DNA of 38,669 bases from a virus (Duplodnaviria > Caudoviricetes): IMG/VR virus record IMGVR_UViG_3300010203_000020, positions 1 to 38,669 of that record; one strand, given 5' to 3'. Below the pieces are notes generated by a model. That model made no database searches and was not told the DNA's origin. It saw nothing but the letters and a program-made list of their open reading frames with translations. This document shows positions 16,314 to 25,717 of this stretch, one piece after another. The position numbers were made by a program, and so were the translations under genes. The number at the start of each line of letters is the position of its first letter. The first letter of the stretch is position 1.

Positions 16314-17506
16314 CACGCCCACCCCATGTTGACGATCACATCGGCGGCAGCCACAGCCGTGGCATCTGTATCGGCGATACCTCCGGTGAGGGCGTAAGCG
16401 ATACCCGATGAGCAATACACACCAACCCCGGCGGCGACGATCGGCACGATCGTTTGGCCTGCCGGAATTAAGACCGTCATGATCGGCGTGTCGGTCCCGA
16501 CCGTCGGCGCGGTCGCCTTGTTGTAGAGCTTGAAGTATTTGACACTGGCTGACGCGTTCGACAGCACGAGCGCATGAACCCGACCGGCCGACGTCTTGAC
16601 GCTTGTCGCATTCGTGGTGGCAGCAGAGAGCAGACGGTGGTTGGTGGTGGAGTTGGGGCCGCTGCTGCCGTAAGGCGAAACCGGAGCCGAATTGACCAAA
16701 CTGACCGGCAGCGCCTGCCCCGCCGCCGCCCCACCACGACTGGCGGTGATCTCGGTTGTCAGTTCCTGGTAATCCTGTACGCTGACCATCTTGACGGTCA
16801 TCGCGGTACTGCTGGCCGGTGCCACCGCGCTGTTTTTAACCCGCAACCGCAGGAAATAGACCAGATTAGGGTCCGGACTATTGATCTGACGGACGCCGCT
16901 ATACCCGCGCGCCGCGCCGGTATCGGCGGCGCGCTGATGGAACCAGGACTCATCGACGAAAGTCTCGATCTCGTAGAGCGCCTGGGCCGCCGTGGTCGCA
17001 ATCGTCTGGCTGGTTGAGGTGTCAATCGGATTGCCTTGAACCCGGGCCGACAGCAGGGCCGTAGTCGCCGAGATCCCGGAAAAATTCCACGCGGCGAAAT
17101 CGGTGATCAAGGCCGGTGCGGGGACAGAATATTTCCCGTCACCGTTGTCGGCGGCGGCCACCAGTTCGAGGTACCAATCTTGATTGGCGATCCGCGACGA
17201 CAACGCCATGGCGACGATGGCACGGGCGGGGACCGAGACCGGGAACTGATAGGTCAAGTAGGTCTCGGCCCCTGCCGTGGTCCCGGCATTAATGGTCAGA
17301 GCCCCGGACGCCACGCCGATTGAGGCACCGGCCCCCAGTACGACGCTCCAGTCGGATGAGAGAGTCCCGCCCGGAAAATTGTCGCGCCGCTTGGCCTGCA
17401 TCGAGCGGACGTTCAGGCTGTCGGTCCGTGCGTCGTAACTCTCGACCGGCAAGGGATTGCTGCGGCCGATCGGGCGTTGCTGGTCGTCAAGGATCTGTTG
17501 CGCCAT
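16313..17506 (-). CDS. Extra beta-rich virion-associated protein (possible head fibre/spike), 397 aa
   Basis: Ala/Thr/Ser-rich and beta-strand-like; inserted in the head-to-neck region; no recognised family. Confidence 0.6.
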   Translation of the reverse strand: MAQQILDDQQRPIGRSNPLPVESYDARTDSLNVRSMQAKRRDNFPGGTLSSDWSVVLGAGASIGVASGALTINAGTTAGAETYLTYQFPVSVPARAIVAMALSSRIANQDWYLELVAAADNGDGKYSVPAPALITDFAAWNFSGISATTALLSARVQGNPIDTSTSQTIATTAAQALYEIETFVDESWFHQRAADTGAARGYSGVRQINSPDPNLVYFLRLRVKNSAVAPASSTAMTVKMVSVQDYQELTTEITASRGGAAAGQALPVSLVNSAPVSPYGSSGPNSTTNHRLLSAATTNATSVKTSAGRVHALVLSNASASVKYFKLYNKATAPTVGTDTPIMTVLIPAGQTIVPIVAAGVGVYCSSGIAYALTGGIADTDATAVAAADVIVNMGWA

Positions 17507-17664
17507 CGATAATGCCCTTTAATCCCTTGCCCCGGATGGACGGGAGGCCGGGCCATCCCATCCGGGGACTTGCAATTGCCTCGGAGGCACCGGCCCAGGC
17601 CCGGTTGCCACGTCGTCGGCGCTGTGGGGGGCACTGCGGGCAAGTGACCCAGGCCCCTCTGGTA

Positions 17665-17913
17665 TTACGTGTCCATCGGTTCCTTGGTGGGCTTGCTGCC
17701 TTTGCCGGGCTTGCTGGGGGACGCGACCAGCGTGGCCTCTCCGGCGCCGTCAACATCAACCAGATCGACCACCAGCATCGGCTCGGCACCGAGGCGGGCC
17801 ACCTCTTCGGCGGAAAACTCGTCGGCGTCGTACAGGGTCGGCGTTTCGGGGTGGGCGATGCCGCAACGGCGGAACCCGTCGCGCTTGGCGATGATGCGGA
17901 TTTTATAGGCCAT
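17665..17913 (-). CDS. Mu gp35/HI1506-like small head-module protein
   Basis: IRIIAKRDGFRRCGIAH...F..EE...L.AEPMLVV; follows gpT. Confidence 0.75.
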   Translation of the reverse strand: MAYKIRIIAKRDGFRRCGIAHPETPTLYDADEFSAEEVARLGAEPMLVVDLVDVDGAGEATLVASPSKPGKGSKPTKEPMDT

Positions 17914-17928
17914 GGAATTCAGACTCCG

Positions 17929-18831
17929 TTACGCGGTCGGCAGGCGCTGTTCGACGAGGATTTCGACCAAGCCCCGATTGGTATTGGTGGCCCCATCGGT
18001 CAACCGCTCGGCGGAGATCACCTCGTTGGCGGCGCCGCGCAGATTGGTCGGCACGATCAGCAGGTTGGGCCTGGTGTCGATCGGGCGATCGTAATCGCCG
18101 GTGATCGCGCACATGGCGTCATAGGCCGCGTTGAAGTTGGCCGTGGTGAGCGGCTGTCGCGACACGTAAATCAATTGCCAGAAGCCGAAGGCGGCATTGC
18201 AGCGCAACCGCGTGCCATAGAGGAATTCGTCGGCCATGAAGGCGCGCTCACCATCGACCTTGTCCTGGCGGACGAACTCGACCTCGGTGCGCCGCTGGAA
18301 AATGAAGGGTCGGCGGATGCCGGTGGTCTTGGCCAGATACCACGCCGGACCGGTGCCGCCGCCGTGGTTGGAAACCGACTTGACCGAGCCGTCCTTGCCC
18401 AGCACCGGATGGTCGGTGTCGAAGAAGTACTGGCCGTCCCAGGTGACCGTGACGAAGCCTTGGGGAAGCAACGCCCAGACCAGCTCGTCGGGCAACTGCG
18501 CCGCCGACTCGCCCAGCATCCGGAACGCCGGGCCATAGAGGCCGAGCTTGTCGTCCTCCAGATCCTCGCGCTTGACGCCGTAGGTCTCCTCGAACTTCTT
18601 GTTCTCGACCCGGAAGCCGTCGACTTCCAGGCGGTTGACGAACCGTTCAGCGATCCATTCGCGCATTCCCGGCAGGGTTTTGAGCCACGGATAGATCTCG
18701 GCCGACCCGAAGCTGGGGCACAGCATGGCGATCCTGGGCCAGGACACCGTGACCTGTTCGACACCCTGATTGAAAGACGTGTTGAATCCGATTCCGGCGG
18801 CACTCAACAACTGAGGGGTAATCACGCGCAT
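17929..18831 (-). CDS. Major capsid protein (Mu gpT family)
   Basis: Y.WL...PGMREWI.ER, NKKFE.T..VKR.D.EDD.LG.Y, DGQYFFDTDHPV, R.NA.FGFWQL. Confidence 0.95.
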   Translation of the reverse strand: MRVITPQLLSAAGIGFNTSFNQGVEQVTVSWPRIAMLCPSFGSAEIYPWLKTLPGMREWIAERFVNRLEVDGFRVENKKFEETYGVKREDLEDDKLGLYGPAFRMLGESAAQLPDELVWALLPQGFVTVTWDGQYFFDTDHPVLGKDGSVKSVSNHGGGTGPAWYLAKTTGIRRPFIFQRRTEVEFVRQDKVDGERAFMADEFLYGTRLRCNAAFGFWQLIYVSRQPLTTANFNAAYDAMCAITGDYDRPIDTRPNLLIVPTNLRGAANEVISAERLTDGATNTNRGLVEILVEQRLPTA

Positions 18832-18843
18832 CGACGGTGCTCC

Positions 18844-19254
18844 TTAAACGAATTCGATCCAGACGCCAGCGGCATCGACGTCGATGATCCGCCCCGCAGC
18901 CGAGCGGGTGCCCGCGCCATCGGTGGCGGCGACGGTCTGATCGTCGACGATGTAGGCGGTGCCACCGATATGCGGCCGACCGACCAAGTCAGCGGCGAAA
19001 TTGGCGAACTGAAAGGCGGGGCGGCGGCAGACGGTGACCGAGGTCGCCCCGGCCGCGCCGCCGCTGTTGTCGGCATCGTCGGTGCTGACGCCGACGGCTT
19101 TCAGCCCGACGGCGGTGCGCCCAGGCTTGAGATAACCGCCGTCGAGCACCACCAGGGCACCACTGAAGATTTTGACACCGGCCGCCAGGGGATGGGCAAC
19201 GGACTCACCTCCGCGCTCGATGACGCGACGGCCTTTAGTCATCGCGGCCATCAT
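18844..19254 (-). CDS. Capsid decoration/cement protein
   Basis: KIF.GALV, ADNSGGAAG, YIVDDQTVA.T.G..TRS.AG.I.DVD..GVW; between protease and gpT. Confidence 0.75.
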   Translation of the reverse strand: MMAAMTKGRRVIERGGESVAHPLAAGVKIFSGALVVLDGGYLKPGRTAVGLKAVGVSTDDADNSGGAAGATSVTVCRRPAFQFANFAADLVGRPHIGGTAYIVDDQTVAATDGAGTRSAAGRIIDVDAAGVWIEFV

Positions 19255-20381
19255 TTGCCTCCCTTGGTCTTGAGGTACTGTTCTTCGGTCAGACCGAGTT
19301 GATGGGCCACGGCAACTTCCTCCGGCGACAATTGCTGCGCGGCGGTAGCCGTCGGCGGGGTGGCGATGCCAGACTGCTGGCTGGCCGCCGCGACCAGGAC
19401 CGGGGCCTTTTCGACGTAGCTTTTGAAGCCGGGAAGGTCCTGGGAGGCATAAGCCGTCGCCCAGTCCTTGGTGGCCGGGGTGACCTTCCCGGCCTTGATC
19501 GCATCATCGACCACCCGCGCCGCTTCGGAGGTGCCGACCTCGCCCTGCAGGGTGGCCAACTGCGACGCGACCGCGACATGGACGTCCATCGGGACGTATT
19601 TGGTCAGGTCGATCTGGCCCGCCCCCGTGGCAACGGCCTGGGCGGCGGTGGCGATCTGGGGCAACGTCGCCGGGCCGGACAGCTTGAGGGCGGCGGCAAC
19701 GGCCGTCACAGCCGCTTGCGCGGCGGTGGCGATCTGGGTGGGGGCGGAGGTGGCGGGCAGACCGACCAGGGTGGCGATGGCCTTGGCCCCATCGGTCAGG
19801 GCCTGGGCATGGGCGGCGGCAGTGGCGGGCGTGACGTCGGCCGACAGACCGAGCGCCTTGATCAGATCGGGGTCCATGGGATCTCCGGTTTGGCTGGCGA
19901 TAGCAGGAAGTTGGAAATTGGGCAGGTTGGTCAGACCGCCACCCACGATGCGGACAACCGGGCCGGTGCTGTCCGGACCGGCTCCGATCCAGGCCGGGCT
20001 GAAATAGCGGTATTCGCGGGCGGCCAGACGGGCGGCGGCGGTTTCGGTCCATTCGACCTGGCCGTAGATCCCATCGGATCGGGCTTCGAGCGCCTTGATC
20101 CAGCCCGAGGCCAGAACTGGCTGGCCGTTGACCGGAGCCCGCTGGGTCTGGTGGTCGTAATCGATCGGCAGATCGGCGCCAGCCTGATAGGTCTGCGTGG
20201 CGACGACGACTTGCTGCGCGTGCGACTGGTCTTTCAGCACATAAGGGCCGCGCCCGTCCCGGCCCCGGACGATCCCGTAGGGCATCAGCTTGATCCACTC
20301 GGCACCGGGCGCAACATCGACGCTGGCGGTGGCGATAATGATCGGGGCGGTGGCAGGGTGAGGCACGGTCGGTCTGTCCAT
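19251..20381 (-). CDS. Mu gpI-like prohead protease with C-terminal scaffold (gpZ)
   Basis: GRDGRGP, LPIDYDHQ, ASGWI, VEWT..A, EYRYFSP, LTN.P; in-frame internal ATG 19877 with GGAG RBS. Confidence 0.92.
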   Translation of the reverse strand: MDRPTVPHPATAPIIIATASVDVAPGAEWIKLMPYGIVRGRDGRGPYVLKDQSHAQQVVVATQTYQAGADLPIDYDHQTQRAPVNGQPVLASGWIKALEARSDGIYGQVEWTETAAARLAAREYRYFSPAWIGAGPDSTGPVVRIVGGGLTNLPNFQLPAIASQTGDPMDPDLIKALGLSADVTPATAAAHAQALTDGAKAIATLVGLPATSAPTQIATAAQAAVTAVAAALKLSGPATLPQIATAAQAVATGAGQIDLTKYVPMDVHVAVASQLATLQGEVGTSEAARVVDDAIKAGKVTPATKDWATAYASQDLPGFKSYVEKAPVLVAAASQQSGIATPPTATAAQQLSPEEVAVAHQLGLTEEQYLKTKGGK

Positions 20382-20399
20382 CCGGGAGTGGATGGAGCG

Positions 20400-20445
20400 A
20401 CCTTACGAGAGCCAAACGGAGAGATACGCCTGAAGCGGTTCAGGC
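20400..20445 (-). promoter_or_regulatory. Putative activator-dependent late promoter for the head operon
   Basis: Palindrome GCCTGAA-GCGG-TTCAGGC (20428-20445), then 23 bp, then -10 TAAGGT (20405-20400); no -35. Confidence 0.6.
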
Positions 20446-20598
20446 AGAGGGGGGATTGTTCTGGGAGAGTAATCGACCATACCCCCCGGACCGGGCCTCC
20501 GCAACTGCCCGCCGTTCCGCTTGCGGGCCTTCAAATCGGCTTTTAAGGATTTTTCAGCGGCATCGCTCCCCGCCCGGCTTACAGCCCGTCAGCGGGGC

Positions 20599-21513
20599 TT
20601 AAAACGGCCCGTCCGACGATCGCTCATTGAGTGCCGTCAACGCGCCGTCGTATCGACCCGACGCCTTCATGTCGCGGATCGCCACCTCAGCCAGATCCGC
20701 AGGCATTGCTTTGAGCTTTCCCGCCAGCGCCCGGTCGAGATTCTGCTGACGATTTTTGCCGGGGTTGCAGTTCCAGGCGGGATCGATTCCTTCAGGTACC
20801 TGCAACACTTCGCCAGTGCGGCTGTTGCGCCAGGTGCGGGTGGGCACCACCGGTGCCGTGCCGACGCCGCCCTTTCGGCCCGCCTCGGCCTCGCCGATCT
20901 GGCGGGACCGGCACTTGCAGAGCCAGCCGTTTGGGAACATCCACGAATCCCAAAATGGATCGTCGATGGGCAGGATCAGGCCGGCCTTGGAAGCGTGGTG
21001 CGGTCGGTGGTGCTCGGACGGTCCCAACTCGTAGATCAGATACGGCAGGGCATCCTTGGTGCGCTGTGCCCGCTCCCACTGCCCGGCGGCGCGGGCCGAG
21101 CGGGTGTTGGCCCAGTAGATGGTCTTGAGGCGCCGGGGGCTGCCGAGGCGCGCCGAGACGGTTTCCCCGGTCAGCGGATCGACCATGTCCTTGCGGCCCC
21201 ACCAGCCCAGATCGCGCAGCTTGGGTTCCAGATCCCTCTTGAACTGCTCGAAGGGGATGCCCTCTTCCAGGGCCTTCTCCAGGGCCTCGCGGATGGTGGT
21301 GAGCACGTCCAATTCCATCGCCTTGGCGACGGTGAAGGCGAAGGCATGCTCCTCTCCCCAGACGTCCTTGTAGCTGAAGGCCGGCGTCCAGTTCTTGTTG
21401 CGCAGATAGGCCAGCACTTCGGGCGACGGGCCGATGCGGGGCGAACCATCGACCGGGTCGCCGAAGCGGAACCCCGGCTTGGGCGTGAATTCGCGCTGGG
21501 TCCGCTCGGCCAT
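20599..21513 (-). CDS. Mu gp30 (gpF)-like minor head protein
   Basis: H..AFTVAK, F.QFK..L.P.L...GWWG, RL.TIY..N.RSA.AAG.W, P.DDPFW...PNGW.CKC. Confidence 0.9.
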   Translation of the reverse strand: MAERTQREFTPKPGFRFGDPVDGSPRIGPSPEVLAYLRNKNWTPAFSYKDVWGEEHAFAFTVAKAMELDVLTTIREALEKALEEGIPFEQFKRDLEPKLRDLGWWGRKDMVDPLTGETVSARLGSPRRLKTIYWANTRSARAAGQWERAQRTKDALPYLIYELGPSEHHRPHHASKAGLILPIDDPFWDSWMFPNGWLCKCRSRQIGEAEAGRKGGVGTAPVVPTRTWRNSRTGEVLQVPEGIDPAWNCNPGKNRQQNLDRALAGKLKAMPADLAEVAIRDMKASGRYDGALTALNERSSDGPF

Positions 21514-23084
21514 CAGTCCACCTGGTCGCCGGCGGCGCGCGACAGGAACATGGCCTTGGTCAGTTCCTCGACCAGACGCGAGCTATCCATCTCCAGCCCC
21601 TTGAGGCCGGCGATGGCCTCCTCGTAGCTGGCGGCACCGTCGATCAGCGTGCGCACCGGATCGATCACCGGAGCCATCTGCTCGACCCAGCCATCAAGGC
21701 CGGTCTGCTCGATCTCGTCGATAGGGTCCAGATCGAGCGGTTGGTGAGGGTTCTGGCTGGCCGTTTGGACCGTGCTGGCGGGATCGGTGGACAGTCCTGG
21801 TCCGGTAAGCGGATCGCCGCGACCACTGGCACGCAGCAACTTGACTCCTTCGACCTGGGGCGGATCGGGCAGGCCGAGCTTATCGCGCACCACCGATTGC
21901 TCGACTTCGCCGCCCAGTTCGACGAATACCTTGACCGTCTCCATGTACAGCTTGGTGTCGACGGCATCGGGCCGCTCGATCTTCAGCCTCGGATAGCGTT
22001 TACGCGGGCCACGGTTGAGATCGATGGTCGGGCGGACCAAGCCATCTTGCAGACTGTTAGCGGATTGCCGACCATCGTCGCGCTCGATGTCGTCCTTGAC
22101 CTTGTCGTGCGCCTTGGCGGTGCCCACGTGCTGCCCCACGTCGGTGGTACCTGTCTGGCCCAGCACAAGTTTGCTGATCTGCCGGTCACACCAGTCGGCG
22201 AAATCCTGCTGCAAGGTGGTGGTACCGGTGGTCTTGGCCTCCAGCCACTCCACCACCATGCTGTCCGGGATGATGGCGGCGCTGTCTTTCCACATGCTGC
22301 GCACCGCCCGCAGCAGCGTCGCCTTGTCCTCCTTGCTGGCGCCGGGCTTGTACTTCCCCAGCCGGACTGGCTGCCCGAAGCCTTCCAGGAACTCGACCCA
22401 CGACTTGATGTCGAACACCTTGAACAGGATCAGCCAGGCCGCCGGCCGCGCCAGGCCGCCGCGAATGGGCAGACCGGACTTGGTCTTGTGGATGTGGGTG
22501 ACATAGCCATAGGGCTTGAGCGGCTGGGCCGGACCGAAACCCTCGGCACCGCCCTTGAGCAGCAGAGTGCGCCCGTCGGTTCTGTCGAACTCGAACCAGC
22601 GCGGGTCGCGCCATTCGATGCGGGCGGGTAGCCACAGGCTGTTGTCGGTGCGCCAGATGACCTCGCCGACGCTATAGCCCTTGCCGATGCCGTCGAGCTG
22701 GTCGAACAGGTAGTCCGAGATCACTCCGCTATCGACAAGGTGTTCCCGCACGAAGTCTGCGTCGTCCTGGTCCTGCGGATCGTCGCTGGCTGCCTCGACG
22801 GTGATCGGCAACTGACTGACCTGAAGCTTGCGGGTCCCCATCACCGCGCGATAGTGCAGGTCTTTCTCCTCGATCTCCTCGGCCACTTCCAGGTAGGCGT
22901 CGGCATCGCCTTGCTCGGCCGCCAACATCACTTGGCCCAGGCGGTACGGCGTCATCCCCTGCCACGGATGATCGCTGACGATCTGGCGGACACCGGCGAG
23001 TGTCGGGCCTGATTCTTCGGAGGTGAGGCGGTCGTATTCGATTGGCTTGCCCGTCACCGGGTCGATCAAGCTGGACGTGGCCAT
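21513..23084 (-). CDS. Portal protein (Mu gp29 / DUF935)
   Basis: EEKD.HY, D.IGKGYS..E..W, W..F.E.FG.P.RLGKY, QISK.VLGQT.TT; ATG 23084. Confidence 0.93.
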   Translation of the reverse strand: MATSSLIDPVTGKPIEYDRLTSEESGPTLAGVRQIVSDHPWQGMTPYRLGQVMLAAEQGDADAYLEVAEEIEEKDLHYRAVMGTRKLQVSQLPITVEAASDDPQDQDDADFVREHLVDSGVISDYLFDQLDGIGKGYSVGEVIWRTDNSLWLPARIEWRDPRWFEFDRTDGRTLLLKGGAEGFGPAQPLKPYGYVTHIHKTKSGLPIRGGLARPAAWLILFKVFDIKSWVEFLEGFGQPVRLGKYKPGASKEDKATLLRAVRSMWKDSAAIIPDSMVVEWLEAKTTGTTTLQQDFADWCDRQISKLVLGQTGTTDVGQHVGTAKAHDKVKDDIERDDGRQSANSLQDGLVRPTIDLNRGPRKRYPRLKIERPDAVDTKLYMETVKVFVELGGEVEQSVVRDKLGLPDPPQVEGVKLLRASGRGDPLTGPGLSTDPASTVQTASQNPHQPLDLDPIDEIEQTGLDGWVEQMAPVIDPVRTLIDGAASYEEAIAGLKGLEMDSSRLVEELTKAMFLSRAAGDQVD

Positions 23085-23085
23085 G

Positions 23086-24738
23086 TCAATAAGCTCCATC
23101 CCCGAAACCGCCGACGTCGTCATCGTCGTCGCGGTCGGCATAGGGATTGTCCGTGGTGGGCGTCGGGCGGGCCGATTCGTAGGCGATCTCGGCCACGGCA
23201 CCGTAAGTGGCGGCGAAGAAGTTGAGGATAGCCACGGCCGAATCGGCGTGGCGTCGGCCGCCATCGGTGCCCTCGGTGCGGACGTCGGTCGGGATCTTGC
23301 CGACGCCGTTCACGATGCGGAACTGGTGGATGTCGTCGCGCACGTCCTTGTGCAGCGGGATCAGGATAGTGCCGTCCTGGAATGCAGCCGTGAACAGCGG
23401 GGTAATCTCGCGTTGCAGCCACTTGTCATTGGGCATTAATTCCAGGATGCGGTCTTGGCCGTAACGCTGCCGCGCCTCCTGAGCCAGGGGCATGCCGTTG
23501 CCGTTGGCGTCTAAAATACCCCGGCTGAATCGGCGCTTGTCGCGCAGGAAGTCGCCAATGTGGAACAGCACCTGTTTCTGCTGGTCATAAGGGCACTCGC
23601 GCAACTCGACCAGGAAGGCGACATGGCGCACCAGGCGCTGGTCGGTGAAGCCGACGGCGATGTCGCTGCGGTCCTGGCGCATGGCGAAATCCTCGCCCAA
23701 TGCGCAATCGGCAGCCTCGGGCAGGGCGTGCAGCAGTGGCGAGACATTGTCGGTCAGCCATTGGGCCATATGTTCGCGGCGGTCGAACTCGGACCAATCG
23801 ACGAACTCCTTACCGCCTTTGGCGTCGGGCTTGCTCCAGGCGACGACGGGATATTTCTCGGTCTGGCGCGCCTCGATCTGCGCCAGCGGGATCATGGTGC
23901 CGTCACCCTCGCGGGGGATCGCGTCAAGCTCTTCGCGCATGGCCTCGGTACGCGATCCGTAGGACTTGCGGACTTTGTTGTACCAGACCGCCTTGCCCTC
24001 GGGGCTGGGAGCCCAACCGCGCACGGCGCAGACCCGTTCGTACAGGCCGTCAGCGACCGCCTGATCGAAGGGGATAGTGTGGACACGGCCGATCCGGACG
24101 CCCTCTCGCACCTCTTTAATCAAGGTGTTAAACGGGTTGGCCTTGCCGTTGTGGGTACTGATGATGCGGATCTTGCCACCCCAGATCAGCAGGGCCAAAC
24201 AGGCATCAAGAACCTTGTCCACGTTGGCGTGGAAGGCGGCTTCGTCGATGATGACGATGCCCTGAAGACCGCGAATGTTGGCGGGGTTGGACGACAGCGC
24301 CGAGATCCGGAAGCCCGAGGCGAAGGTGATGCGCCACGCGGTGATCTGCTTGGTGGTGACGTTGCCGCCTGCGTCCACTTCGACATCGTCGAACAGGAAT
24401 TCCTCAACCTCCACCAACTCGCCAGCGATCTTCTCTGAGAAGCCTCTACAGGTGTTGATGAATTCGCGGCCCTTGTCCTTTGTGTCGCCAATGTACCAGA
24501 CGTGATCTCCACCGGCCGACCGTGCGGCTGCGGCAGTCATCACAGATGAAAAGGCTTCGGCCCAGGTGATGCCGGCTCGGCGCCCTTTCTCGCCGATCTT
24601 CAGATCGGAATCATCGTCCACCCACGCCTTCTGGTAGGACATGAGCAGTCCATCGGCCAGCGGATCGTAGGTAGAAAGGGCCGACGTGCCCCATAGAGCG
24701 TCGATGGGAGATTTCGGCGGAACATAATCGATGGCCAT
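23086..24738 (-). CDS. Terminase large subunit (Mu gp28-like)
   Basis: EKGRR.GITW, RGLQG..IIDEAAFH, ISTHNG..N.F, G.DFA...D, HADSA.A. Confidence 0.93.
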   Translation of the reverse strand: MAIDYVPPKSPIDALWGTSALSTYDPLADGLLMSYQKAWVDDDSDLKIGEKGRRAGITWAEAFSSVMTAAAARSAGGDHVWYIGDTKDKGREFINTCRGFSEKIAGELVEVEEFLFDDVEVDAGGNVTTKQITAWRITFASGFRISALSSNPANIRGLQGIVIIDEAAFHANVDKVLDACLALLIWGGKIRIISTHNGKANPFNTLIKEVREGVRIGRVHTIPFDQAVADGLYERVCAVRGWAPSPEGKAVWYNKVRKSYGSRTEAMREELDAIPREGDGTMIPLAQIEARQTEKYPVVAWSKPDAKGGKEFVDWSEFDRREHMAQWLTDNVSPLLHALPEAADCALGEDFAMRQDRSDIAVGFTDQRLVRHVAFLVELRECPYDQQKQVLFHIGDFLRDKRRFSRGILDANGNGMPLAQEARQRYGQDRILELMPNDKWLQREITPLFTAAFQDGTILIPLHKDVRDDIHQFRIVNGVGKIPTDVRTEGTDGGRRHADSAVAILNFFAATYGAVAEIAYESARPTPTTDNPYADRDDDDDVGGFGDGAY

Positions 24739-24739
24739 G

Positions 24740-25411
24740 TCAGACCATCCCCGCCAAATCTTTCCGCAATTGGGCGAGGCGATCAGCGGACAGCCCTTTC
24801 TCTCCGGCGCGGGCGGCGTCCTTGGTGGCGCGATCGACCATCCCGGCCGCCTCTCGGGCCGCCTCCTGCCGCGCCTTGAGAATCATGTCGGCGTCTTTCT
24901 TGCGGGCGCTGGCCAAGTGATCGAGGGCCTTGGCGAGAAACATCACCTTGGCCGGGTCCATCAGCACCGGGACCGGCAGGGCACCGTCGTCATCATCCGG
25001 ACTGGCCGGGGCCAGTTGACCACTCTCCGCCGCCAGGACAAGGTCGGTCACGACGCTGTGCATCAGCTCGACATTGAGCTGGGTGAGACGGGATTCCTCG
25101 GCACCGGTCTTTCGCACCAGCGCTTCGGCGATCGCCCGGCTCTTGTGCAGCTTGGCCGCCAGTTGATCGAGCCCCTGGATGTGGGCACCAAGGCCGGATC
25201 GCCCCGGCAAACTGTCCGGGTCGATCAGCGGAGGCGAGGCCAATTCGGGGGGCAGTGCCCCAGGGAGGCGCGGTTGCTCTCCGGCAGCGAGGGCGCGCAG
25301 GGCGTCGAGGATCTGGTCGATCGTCCAGCCATGGGTCTGGCGCAGGGTGGCGATCAATTCCCGGACTTCAGGGGGGAGCTTGTCCACTTTGCTGGGGACG
25401 TTGCGCGCCAT
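24740..25411 (-). CDS. Mu gp27-like / DUF3486 protein (putative small terminase)
   Basis: SKVDKLPPEVRE.I, RS.LG.H, GLS.D....LR; position before terL. Confidence 0.8.
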   Translation of the reverse strand: MARNVPSKVDKLPPEVRELIATLRQTHGWTIDQILDALRALAAGEQPRLPGALPPELASPPLIDPDSLPGRSGLGAHIQGLDQLAAKLHKSRAIAEALVRKTGAEESRLTQLNVELMHSVVTDLVLAAESGQLAPASPDDDDGALPVPVLMDPAKVMFLAKALDHLASARKKDADMILKARQEAAREAAGMVDRATKDAARAGEKGLSADRLAQLRKDLAGMV

Positions 25412-25414
25412 CCC

Positions 25415-25717
25415 CTATCTCCGCCAGATCGAACGGTCGATGCCCGCCACCTCGATCCGACCATAGGCGGCGTCCTCACCGCGTTCGGACACAATGACGA
25501 CACGGACGGAGGCATCGAACCAGTCCTCAATCGTGCAGCCGCGCTCGCGCAAAAGGTCAAGGTCTCGTCGGACATCGTCTCGGGTCGCCTGGGCAAACCC
25601 CCCACCACTGACGGCCGATGCAATCACCGATTCGTTAGCGCGCCCCCCCAACGATACCAGCAGGCGCAAAATGAAGGTACGTCGCTTGGCCGCGACGGTT
25701 TCCGCGAAATCGACCAT
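25415..25717 (-). CDS. Mu gp26-like winged-helix protein
   Basis: RR..ILRLL...GRANES, RD.VR.DL..L.E.G, RG.D.A.GR..V.GI; ATG 25717. Confidence 0.8.
   Translation of the reverse strand: MVDFAETVAAKRRTFILRLLVSLGGRANESVIASAVSGGGFAQATRDDVRRDLDLLRERGCTIEDWFDASVRVVIVSERGEDAAYGRIEVAGIDRSIWRR

Noticed and set aside
17320-19302. 660-aa + strand ORF
   Set aside because: Antisense shadow of GC3-rich capsid genes; no motifs or RBS
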